From NCBI GenBank assembly GCA_965203905.1, contig CBDBDQ010000005.1, positions 7,136,001 through 7,200,000 on the forward strand: a DNA stretch of 64,000 nucleotides. Direction: 5' to 3'. Both the position numbers and the translations under genes were made by a program. Position 1 is the stretch's first letter. Each line of letters begins with the position of its first letter. This stretch comes from Spirochaetia bacterium (GTDB lineage: Bacteria; Spirochaetota; Spirochaetia; SZUA-6; Bin103). The notes under the pieces are model-generated. The model was not told where the DNA came from and ran no database searches. It saw only the letters and a list, made by a program, of their open reading frames with translations. Below, in pieces: positions 1-10,759 of this stretch.

Positions 1-1044
1 GCCGCCGCGATTCCTCAGGGCATAATGTCGCAGGATGATCAGGGGCTTTCCGTTTTCCTCCGGTCTCGGCGGCGAATCCCCAAATCCGGGTTTCTCGGAG
101 TCCAATACCCAGAACCGCAGCCCCAGCATCTCGAAGACATACGACGAGTTGCCATTGGGAAAAACCCCCTGGAGGCTTCCAGCTAACGCATCGCATGTGA
201 AGGAAGCGGTGTAGAGATCATGATTGCCCAAACAGCCGCGGATAGGTATGTCGACTGAATCGCAACATTCACCCGCTAGATGAAACTCCTCCGGGGTTCC
301 TCTATCCGTGATGTCACCGCCGTGTAGCACAAGCTTGATTTCCTCGGCTTTGAGGGAAGAGAGCGTAGACAGAAAGATCGGTGTCGTGTGAAAGCCCATT
401 TTCAAGTTCATCCACTCACAGCTATCATCATGGGTCAGATGGGTATCGCCGATCAACGCAAAAGACCATCGAGGGTTTTGGTCCATTTCTGTCGCCCGTA
501 GCTCGATCCAGTCGATTTCACCGGTGTCCCGGTCATGGGGAGCGAAAAACCATAGAAAGTGAGTACCCGAGGGAATGAATGTTTCAGCGAGGCCTACGGA
601 ATCAGACGGCGGATGCCCTTCGATTCGCGGCGCGGGTCCGGTCAAGGCGTTACCCTCGCTTTCCCATGGTGAGGCGGTGATCATAGGAGCACCCATTACA
701 CGGTCATCCACGAGTATACAGAATCGGAGTCCCGGCTGAAGATCCGCGCCCTGGCGGGCTCTGACCTCTCCGGACAACAGGCTTGGGTGCTTGGTCCGGA
801 AAGAGAAGCAAAGCGCCGAGTTGCGCGGCAAAGCCTTGGTATCACCACGACTTTCTACCGCACCGCCGTTTTCATCGCCAATCCCGCGCCATAGGATACC
901 CTCTCGGGGCTCGAATCGGATACCCGTCGAGCCCGGCTCTATGAGAGTTGGATTCTCAAAGGCTCGGTTTTCCACGCTCTTCCGTATCTCGTCAGACGCT
1001 GCGAATGCTTCACGAACTTTCAATAGTTTCTCCTTGCTGTTCAT
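1..1044 (-). CDS. Calcineurin-like metallophosphoesterase with ~200-aa N-terminal extension (3' end runs off window)
   Basis: Not in the ORF track because it has no stop in the window. Manual translation from ATG 1044 gives FALIGDTHL, VLHGGDITDRG and CLGNHD, the DxH / GDxxD / GNHD metal-binding motifs. Confidence 0.8.
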   Translation of the reverse strand, partial: MNSKEKLLKVREAFAASDEIRKSVENRAFENPTLIEPGSTGIRFEPREGILWRGIGDENGGAVESRGDTKALPRNSALCFSFRTKHPSLLSGEVRARQGADLQPGLRFCILVDDRVMGAPMITASPWESEGNALTGPAPRIEGHPPSDSVGLAETFIPSGTHFLWFFAPHDRDTGEIDWIELRATEMDQNPRWSFALIGDTHLTHDDSCEWMNLKMGFHTTPIFLSTLSSLKAEEIKLVLHGGDITDRGTPEEFHLAGECCDSVDIPIRGCLGNHDLYTASFTCDALAGSLQGVFPNGNSSYVFEMLGLRFWVLDSEKPGFGDSPPRPEENGKPLIILRHYALRNRGG

Positions 1045-1220
1045 GCACTTGTCATGCTGAAAAACAGCAACATAACGGTAGGTGTTTAGTGAACCACATA
1101 CCGCGTTTATCCGTTAGATAACCACGATGTGCAAGAAGTCCTTCGGAGCCTACCTGATCGAGGGTAGAATTATAACCCTCTCAGAAAGAGTCTGAATCAG
1201 CTTTCTTTAACAAAAATAGT

Positions 1221-1240
1221 AGACTTGACGGGGATAATCA
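1221..1240 (+). repeat. 20-bp direct repeat, copy 1 (AGACTTGACGGGGATAATCA)
   Basis: Identical to 4002-4021. The two copies bracket the IS110/IS21 remnant block. Confidence 0.9.
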
Positions 1241-1242
1241 AG

Positions 1243-1516
1243 ATGAGAACGCAGCGACAATCAAGCTTCCGACCGGCCGGGGGCCGGCGTAGTCATGGAA
1301 GAAACACGGGCGCCAACGGTAGCGTAAGAGATAGAGTTTCGAGTGGGACGCGAAGTAGGCCGGCGCGGCACTGGTGTGACCGCCCGCAGGGGCGAACCCG
1401 TAATCAAGCTTGGTCCCGAGGCCCGTGGCGAAGGCATTGGTGAGGCCAACACCTGCTGCTGAGGCCATCCCGTTCAGGAGAATGCTGTTTGCTCACGCCT
1501 CGGCCGCCTCACTCGA
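1243..1516 (+). ncRNA. Candidate IS110 bridge/seek RNA region
   Basis: Non-coding end upstream of the transposase. TAATCAAG (1401-1408) matches the left flank (1235-1242) and TCAGGAG (1474-1480) matches the element right end (2619-2625). RNA boundaries are unknown. Confidence 0.5.
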
Positions 1517-1534
1517 TTGATAGTGGGGGTATCC

Positions 1535-2607
1535 ATGGCTCGACGCAAGCACCGGCGCACTGGCAGACGCACGGCGCAACCGCAGGTCGTACATCCCGAG
1601 GCAGCAGGCGACGAGGTGTGTGCGCTACGCACGCTGCTGCGGCATCGCGACACGCTGGTAAAGGCGGCAGCGCGCAGCGTGCTGCATATGCAGAAGTCCT
1701 ACGATCAGATGAACATCCATGTGCACCATGCGATCTCCGATCTGACCGGGGTAACCGGCATGGCCATAACCGACGCCATCCTGGACGGGGAACGGGACCC
1801 GGCGCGCTTGGTCGCGCTGGCTGATCGCAGGATCAAAGCCAGCCGCGACACCTTGATCAAGGCACTGCAGGGTGACTGGCGCCCCGAACATCTGTTCACC
1901 CTGCAGCAAGCGCGGCAGACCTATGCGCACTACCAGCAGCTCATCGACACCTGTGATCGGCAGATCCAGGGCGCGATCCGCGCATTGCGGAGGCCACCGG
2001 AGGCACCCGCCGACGCTCCCTCGGCCAGCGCCGGTGGGGCCGGCGCGGCAGCCGGCGAAGGTGAGCCGCCCAGCTCCCCGAGCACGCCTGAACCTGAACC
2101 GTTCGTCCTGAGCGTGCACCTTACGCGGCTGTTTGGCACCGACCTGACCCTGATTCCCGGCATCGGTGAGAGCACTGCGCTCACCTTGTTCGCCGAAATC
2201 GGGGCCGATATGTCACGCTTTCCCGATGCCGCGCACTTTGCATCGTGGTTGAATCTCTGCCCGCAGAACAAGATCACCGGCGGCCGGGTGATCAGTTCGA
2301 AGACCGGACCGGCCAGCAATCGCGCCGCGCAGGCGCTCCGCATGGCAACCCAGTCGCTGTATCGGAGCCAGACCTCGCTCGGAGAATACTTTCGGCGCAA
2401 GCGTGCGCGCCTCGGCACTCCGCAGGCGATCACCGCCAGCGCCCACAAGATGGCGCGTATCATCTACCACCTCGTCACGCACCATGCCCTATACGACGAC
2501 GACGTGCTGTCCCGACAGCAACACCGCGACCACAAACGCCGTGAACGCACAATCTGCGCCACCAAGCCCGTGCTCTCGGTTTCGATCTGGTCCCACAGGC
2601 AGCCTGA
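1535..2607 (+). pseudogene. IS110 transposase with in-frame loss of the DEDD RuvC domain and a C-terminal frameshift
   Basis: VHPEAAG is joined directly to DEVCALRTLLRHR, so the GID...E...D..D region is absent. The Tnp20 part (IPGIG, FASWLNLCP, AHKMARIIY) is retained. The native C-terminus NLRHQARALGFDLVPQAA* is in another frame. Confidence 0.85.
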
Positions 2608-2806
2608 TTATGTGTTTCTCAGGAGATGAGAATGCCGAGGCGGCCGGCAGCCCTCTGACCGGGGGGCGGTGGGTCGCCGCTGACGGAGGGAGGGCGTAGC
2701 CCGACCGTAGTCAGCGGCGCGGCGGCGCCGGTGGGCGCCGCCGCCGGTGATCGTGGCCGACCCGGTGTGAGTACGGTGTTCCTGAGTACCAACGAAAGAG
2801 CACCTG

Positions 2807-4910
<2,104 letters not shown>

Positions 4911-4911
4911 C

Positions 4912-5865
4912 TTGATCAGGACGAGTGCGCTTATCAAGAAGTATGGAGAGGTAATCGCTGTTGACGGCATCGATTTAAACATACCGCAGGGCGAAATTTA
5001 CGGATTTTTGGGACCTAATGGTGCCGGCAAAACATCGACAATTATGATGCTCCTCGGCGTCTCATCGCCGACCAGTGGAGAGATCTACCTGTTTAATGAA
5101 CGATACACGCCAGATCGCCTTGACCTGAGGAGGAGGATCGGGGTCGTACCTGAGAAGCACCCGCGCGGAATGTGGACCTGGATGACCGGTGTCGAGTACC
5201 TCGAGTTGTTCGCAGATCTGTTTAGAGTGAGGAACGCCGGACGTCGAATAGTTTGTCTGCTGCAACAGGTAGGTTTGACCGAAGCGGCAGACAGGAAGAT
5301 CGTAGGTTATTCGCGCGGTATGCTGCAGAAGCTCAGCATAGTGCGGGCGCTGCTCCCGGATCCCGATATGCTCTTTCTGGACGAGCCTATTTCCGGACTT
5401 GATCCAATTGGGATAAGGCAGATTCGCGACCTTGTGATTGCTGAAAACAGGGAGGGACGGACGATTTTCATTTCCTCGCACCTATTGTCAGAGATGGAAA
5501 AGGTTTGCCACCGGATTGCCGTTATCCACAGAGGCAGGCTAATGGCAGAGGATACGACGGACAAGCTCCTGCTTAAGCTTTCATCCGCCAAAGACATAGA
5601 GCTAGACTTCGAGAACGTGCCAGAGAAGCTCATAGGCGATATAGGAGCTCTTGAATTCGTCATTGACTGCAGCATTCAAGATGGCACGGTCATGGTAAAG
5701 GTGCCAACTGAAGGTGATTACAGAAAGCCTCTATCTGAGTTTCTCATAAAGCAGGGACTCATTCCCTTACGGCTGGCGGAAAAGCGCCTCTCCCTTGAAG
5801 AGGCGTTCGTGACAATTACCAACGAAAACATTAGCCAGCTGACCGGTGTCGGGAGCACCTCATGA
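4912..5865 (+). CDS. ABC-2-type exporter ATP-binding protein
   Basis: Walker A GPNGAGKT, signature YSRGMLQK, Walker B LFLDEP and H-loop SSH. TTG 4912 follows AGGAGGA. Confidence 0.92.
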   Translation: MIRTSALIKKYGEVIAVDGIDLNIPQGEIYGFLGPNGAGKTSTIMMLLGVSSPTSGEIYLFNERYTPDRLDLRRRIGVVPEKHPRGMWTWMTGVEYLELFADLFRVRNAGRRIVCLLQQVGLTEAADRKIVGYSRGMLQKLSIVRALLPDPDMLFLDEPISGLDPIGIRQIRDLVIAENREGRTIFISSHLLSEMEKVCHRIAVIHRGRLMAEDTTDKLLLKLSSAKDIELDFENVPEKLIGDIGALEFVIDCSIQDGTVMVKVPTEGDYRKPLSEFLIKQGLIPLRLAEKRLSLEEAFVTITNENISQLTGVGSTS

Positions 5866-6731
5866 ATTATCGTCTGCACGCGACAGCGACGTTCAGCCGA
5901 AGACGCATCTACGAGACGTTTATAAGCCCCAGCTTCTATGTCGCGATGAGCGTTGGGCTGTTGCTGGGTTATTTTCTGGTGTCGGGATTCGTCGGAGCCG
6001 TGGATTCGAGCGGTTTGAATTTTGGGCTTAATCCTGTTTATGAGCTCCTGACCAGGGCGCTCTCAGGGGCTTTCGGTGATACCTTTATACTGCAGCTGTT
6101 CGTCGAAGGTCCTTTCCTGGTTGCGCTCCACGCAGCTTCCCTGCCGTTCCTCTTGTACCTTTCCGTGAGCGCGGTTTACCGGTTCGGTTTCGAGAGCAGC
6201 ATTGGAGCCGTGGAGCTTCTAACCTATGGTCCGGCTGATGGAACCTCATGTTTTCTTTCTCTACTGATCCGTAACATCCTATTTTCACTTCTCTATCTGG
6301 TCGTTCAGCTCGTTTTCTTTCTTATACTGTCACTCCTGAATAATCTCGCCCTTGGACCGCATTTCTTCTATTCACTGTTGCTGTTTTTTTTTCTTACCAT
6401 ATCAGTTTTTTCTTACAGTACCTTTGCTTCCGTGGTGGTCGGCAACTCGTCCGGCGGAGTCGCGTTCTTCGTCGGCCTCATGGTTTTGTTCGGATTACTC
6501 CAGATGGGTTCTTTCACGATCATTAGCGGCTATGTGAAGAACCTTTCGTCCGTGTTCGCGGGTTTGATACAGTGGATATCGCCTCTGTACTACTGGGCAC
6601 AAGGATTGACGGCGGCTGATCATGGAAATACCACCGGATTGCTGCTGAGTCTTTTCCTAAGTATAGCGTTGTCGGCTATCCTCCTGTTAGCGAGTCATTT
6701 CACCATAAGAGCCAGAGGTATACGAGCTTGA
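5862..6731 (+). CDS. ABC exporter permease
   Basis: About 6 hydrophobic helices; ATGA overlap with the ATPase gene. Confidence 0.8.
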   Translation: MNYRLHATATFSRRRIYETFISPSFYVAMSVGLLLGYFLVSGFVGAVDSSGLNFGLNPVYELLTRALSGAFGDTFILQLFVEGPFLVALHAASLPFLLYLSVSAVYRFGFESSIGAVELLTYGPADGTSCFLSLLIRNILFSLLYLVVQLVFFLILSLLNNLALGPHFFYSLLLFFFLTISVFSYSTFASVVVGNSSGGVAFFVGLMVLFGLLQMGSFTIISGYVKNLSSVFAGLIQWISPLYYWAQGLTAADHGNTTGLLLSLFLSIALSAILLLASHFTIRARGIRA

Positions 6732-8320
6732 CTGACAAAATACGATATAGGGGTGCCCTCTCCTCTGGCATTGGCGTGATCTGGGCTGCTCTGTTCGCGA
6801 TTCTGTTCGTCAGCGGATTATCGGTATTGGGAGCGCAGGCACCCGAGATAAAGGAAAGCCTGATCTATTCTATCGTTGCCTTCGATGGTAAAGACTACAG
6901 CGGTACGTTCTGCCGGGAAGATGCTGACACAATCTATTTGATCGGCGATGTCGACAACTTCGTGAATGTTAAGAAGGCGCTTGTCTACTACTGGGAAATT
7001 ACCCAGGAGTGGAAGGTAGATTTCGAGCATCTGAACTATACATTTGAAGGCCAAATCGAGCTTACGGACAAATCCGACAATGTTGAGATTCTGGAATCGG
7101 TCAAGTTCACATATTACAATGCTCCCGGAGAATACGAAGTCAACTGGCGCGTGTTCACGGGTGATGCAGCCGATAGGGAATACGCGGCTTATGATAAGTT
7201 GATGGATGAATACTTAGAAGAGATCGAAGTCTACCAAAACAGGCAAATGGAACTGCAGGTTCGTTTCGAGGAAATGATTCAGCAACTGAGCTTGCTTCGC
7301 GAGGAGGAGGAAGAGGTTATAAAACGCCTGCAAGAAGCCCCCGAAAAAAAGCGCCTCGACGAAATTAAAGACGAAATCGAACAGGCCCGAAGGGAGCACA
7401 CCAATACATCACAGCTTGAGCAGGAAAAGGCAGCGCTCGAACGTGACTTGTCGCCGCTGATCGAAGCCGCAGCACGCAGCCGGCTGGAAATACTTGCTTT
7501 TGCCGAATTGGCGCAACGCCTGGGCGAAGGGCTACCTGCTCCGGAACATCCGGGATACTTCGTGCGTGAGCCGGACAATGCGTTTCTCTTCAACCTCGAA
7601 CCGGGCGAATACAGCATACGATTCATTATGCCGAACGGTACAACATTGGAAGGTTCCGAAAAGCGCGTTCTCGTGCACGAAAAGCGGCGTGAAAACAGTA
7701 TCGGCTACGACGTCATCCCGGCCGACAAGTGGACTAGACCGGTACTATCCCAAACTCCCGCCTCAGTGCTCTACGTCGACGGGACCACGGATCTATATCT
7801 GCTTCCCTATTTTCAGGACAAGTTTAACGACCTCTACTACAACAAAACGGTCAGGAACGACGCTCGAGGTAATCCCAATATTATGCGTTGGGTTAAGATT
7901 CAACAGGTACCGAAACCGCTCATTGAAGTCAATTATCCTGGGAACAGGACCGAGAGTTTCCTCGAACAGCCCTTTTATGTGGAACAGCTACCGGGCAGCT
8001 CATTCGGCTACAAGATCGTGCCCTTCGACACCGCGGGCGAGCACAAGGACCGTGCTCCAAACCTGATCGCCTTCCACATCCCCCTTGAGCCCACAGACGA
8101 AGTGATACGGTTCAAACTCTGGAGTAAAGATGGCGAACAATTAGCCGGCGGCCAAAGACAGATTAGGATTGTGAGTAAGACTAGCCTACAAGTGATTGGA
8201 TTGCTGCTGGCGCTGCTGCCACTGGTCCTGATGGTTATGGTGCTGGTTGCTCGAGTCAAAGGCAGCCGGCGGTTCGCCAAGCTGGAAAGGTCGGCAAACA
8301 GCGCCGTATCCAAATCTTAG
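6728..8320 (+). CDS. Hypothetical exported protein with central coiled coil and C-terminal TM anchor
   Basis: 530 aa with an N-terminal signal/TM, an E/K/R-rich helical middle, beta-rich flanks and a C-terminal hydrophobic helix followed by basic residues. Confidence 0.7.
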   Translation: MTDKIRYRGALSSGIGVIWAALFAILFVSGLSVLGAQAPEIKESLIYSIVAFDGKDYSGTFCREDADTIYLIGDVDNFVNVKKALVYYWEITQEWKVDFEHLNYTFEGQIELTDKSDNVEILESVKFTYYNAPGEYEVNWRVFTGDAADREYAAYDKLMDEYLEEIEVYQNRQMELQVRFEEMIQQLSLLREEEEEVIKRLQEAPEKKRLDEIKDEIEQARREHTNTSQLEQEKAALERDLSPLIEAAARSRLEILAFAELAQRLGEGLPAPEHPGYFVREPDNAFLFNLEPGEYSIRFIMPNGTTLEGSEKRVLVHEKRRENSIGYDVIPADKWTRPVLSQTPASVLYVDGTTDLYLLPYFQDKFNDLYYNKTVRNDARGNPNIMRWVKIQQVPKPLIEVNYPGNRTESFLEQPFYVEQLPGSSFGYKIVPFDTAGEHKDRAPNLIAFHIPLEPTDEVIRFKLWSKDGEQLAGGQRQIRIVSKTSLQVIGLLLALLPLVLMVMVLVARVKGSRRFAKLERSANSAVSKS

Positions 8321-8626
8321 GTTACCGACACGCAACTTAGATCATATGTGACAGCAGTTGCTAAGTTCCTAATTCTTCAGTGCACCTCTCATGGCGCCTT
8401 TACGGAATATATTCCTGAAGGAACGGATACACCATGATTAGTGCCTGGCCGAAAACCGCATAATTCTCAGTTCCAGTGCCATGCGCACCAGAGTTCGCGT
8501 AGAAAATACTGCTCCGGTCTTTTTCACTAACTCGATCGTGGCTCTCGCCTTTCTACATATCGCTGCGCTTCCTCGGTATACTCCCGATGCGCTTTCTTGA
8601 TCCGCCGTTTCTCTTCCGCTACCCGC

Positions 8627-8857
8627 TCAGCCGTTCTCGCTTTTGAACGTTTCAGCTGTTGTGTTCCACGATACAGGCGTTTCAGCTTTTTCATAGTCCG
8701 GTATCGGCAACTCGTAGGGATGGAGCGACAGAGGGAAGCGCATCCCCAAGAGCTGATTGACGAGCGCCATGTCGGGGTCGATTTCGAAGAACGGTATCTC
8801 CTCGGTCTCGACATGGTTCACGGCATCGAGAAAGCGCCTTCTGTCCGGAATCCTCAT
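8627..8857 (-). pseudogene. Truncated N-terminal fragment, probably uroporphyrinogen-decarboxylase-like (URO-D/MtaA) family
   Basis: MRIPDRRRFLDAVNHVETEEIPFFEIDPD resembles the family N-terminus. It has a GAGGTG RBS and terminates after 76 aa. Confidence 0.45.
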
Positions 8858-9027
8858 ACTCTCACCTCGTTCCTCTCTGCTCCGGTGCTGTTGACAACGG
8901 CTCCTTGCCCTCATCTTGCCTCGCGAGCATTCGCGCGCGCACCCGATCTCTCTCGACCTTCCCGAGCGAGCCCGGTCGGAGCAGCCAGAGGCGCGATCGT
9001 CGGTGGCTCGCCTCGCGCGGCCGCCGC

Positions 9028-10674
9028 TCAGACCACCTCGAAGGAATGGTAACGGTCTACCCGGAATCCACCAACGGTGTGAACCCGGTGGTATCGGGTC
9101 GGTTGCTTCGGTGGCGTGATATCCCTCGGCTCGGCCAAGCCGATGTCCCCGATGTCCTTGATGATCAAAGCGCCGTCCCATATGCAATAGCCGTCGGCGC
9201 CACGCGCCAGATACGAGTACACGAGCTGTCGCCAGGCCACGGGGTCGCGGCGGTACAGACCCCACGCGTACAGGGCTGCGAAGAGCCGGATCTTCTCCCG
9301 GCCGGGAAGCCCGTGGAAGTACTCGAGGTGGATCCCTTCCGGCCCGTCGATGTGGGCATCGCTACTGGTGAAGCGCTGGCCCATCGGGTACAGATCCTCC
9401 AGCAGTCCCTCCCTCACCCAAGCCGCTACGTCGAGTCCCCAACGGTCAAGGTCGAACTTGTTGCCCGGTACGATCGCGGACAGCCTCATCCCCGGCTTGA
9501 GCCGTCCTTTGACAGCCCGGATGAAGGGGGTGATCACCTCCGCCTGGTAGCTCATCCAGCGCGGATCGAACTCATCCAGCCCTCGCGGATCGATTCCGTG
9601 CTTCTTCTTGAAACCCTGGACCATGATCGGCTCGTAGAGCACCAACGGCAGACCCCGGATGAAAACCAGCGTGACCCCATCCGGCTCATAGGCTACCAGC
9701 TCGTCCACGATGCCGAGCATGCGTTCCTGCACCTGCGGGTAGGCATAGCTCATCCGTACCACCCGCTGGCCTTGGGCATCAAAGCAGTTCCATTCCGGGT
9801 GCTGGTGGAAGAACTTGGAATGGAAAGACTCGTCCCAGGGATACGAGTGGGCAAAGGCCCCCAGCCGAATGGAGGTGTGGAACTCCCAGCCCCGCCGACG
9901 GCAGTAGTCGCGCGGCAGCTTGATGCTGTCCCAGCCTTTCTCGCGCCAGAGATCGACGTTCCGCTTCGCCATGTGATCCCAGAAACGGTCAAAGTCCCGG
10001 CTGACTCCCGTTCCTACCTGCCCGATCTTGCTGGGATAGGTTGTCGTGTCTCCATCCGCTGCGCCCCAGAGCATGATCCTGAGCGCCGTGCCCTCGGGAA
10101 TCTGCTCGTACAGCTCGAGGATGTCCTCAGGCCGTCGGTGAGGCAGCATTCTGGCAAAAATGCCAAAGCCGTCCTCCGTCATGGCCATCGGATGGGTCAC
10201 CGCCGGCTGCGGCGGCGCGGGCAGAGACTCGACGGGTTCGAGACGAATCCAAGCCAGAGAACCCCGTCTGGGATTGGGATCGAAGGCGCTTTCCAGGATC
10301 AGGTCCTGGTCCGTGAGGTTGGCATCTTTCCAGTGAACCTCCGCGATCATCCCTCCCTGGGAGATGACGTTCTCCCACGTGGCCGTGGTCGTCAGAGGCG
10401 TACAGCACAGATCGCCGCTCAATCGCACGCGGACCTGGTGCGAGCCGGCGATCAGCACGGGGACTCCGAGCCGGATGCGGTAGTTGCCTTCCGCGGCGAG
10501 GCGGATGATGACAGGCTTCGGTGCCGTCATCTCGCCACAGCCGAGCAGGACGCCTTCGATGCTTCCGCTTCGATAAGCAACAGCGCGCCATACCCCCGGC
10601 GCCCCTTCCTCCTGGACGACTCCTTCCTTGACGTTTGCCGGCAGATTGCTGATCAGTATCTCTTCTCTCGACAT
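9028..10674 (-). CDS. GH10-like (GHL10) TIM-barrel glycoside hydrolase-like protein
   Basis: FFHQHPEW, RMSYAYPQVQERMLGIVDELVAYEPDGVTLVFIRG and GLDVAAWVREGL are typical of this family. AAGGAGG RBS. Confidence 0.65.
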   Translation of the reverse strand: MSREEILISNLPANVKEGVVQEEGAPGVWRAVAYRSGSIEGVLLGCGEMTAPKPVIIRLAAEGNYRIRLGVPVLIAGSHQVRVRLSGDLCCTPLTTTATWENVISQGGMIAEVHWKDANLTDQDLILESAFDPNPRRGSLAWIRLEPVESLPAPPQPAVTHPMAMTEDGFGIFARMLPHRRPEDILELYEQIPEGTALRIMLWGAADGDTTTYPSKIGQVGTGVSRDFDRFWDHMAKRNVDLWREKGWDSIKLPRDYCRRRGWEFHTSIRLGAFAHSYPWDESFHSKFFHQHPEWNCFDAQGQRVVRMSYAYPQVQERMLGIVDELVAYEPDGVTLVFIRGLPLVLYEPIMVQGFKKKHGIDPRGLDEFDPRWMSYQAEVITPFIRAVKGRLKPGMRLSAIVPGNKFDLDRWGLDVAAWVREGLLEDLYPMGQRFTSSDAHIDGPEGIHLEYFHGLPGREKIRLFAALYAWGLYRRDPVAWRQLVYSYLARGADGYCIWDGALIIKDIGDIGLAEPRDITPPKQPTRYHRVHTVGGFRVDRYHSFEVV

Positions 10675-10759
10675 GGTGTTCCTCCTTACAGCGCAACACT
10701 TCTGGATGGTTGGATCTCGCTAGTCGCCACAGACGATCTCGGTGCGGGCGGGCACGATC

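Larger units (their letters stand above)
1243..2625 (+). mobile_element. IS110-family element, probably non-autonomous
   Basis: Contains an IS110 transposase remnant. The left end starts ATGAGAA and the right end is GTTTCTCAGGAG (TGAGAA/TTCTCA short subterminal IR). There is a ~290-bp non-coding left end. Exact boundaries are ambiguous within an AGATGAGAA repeat (1241-1249, 2624-2632). Confidence 0.75.
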
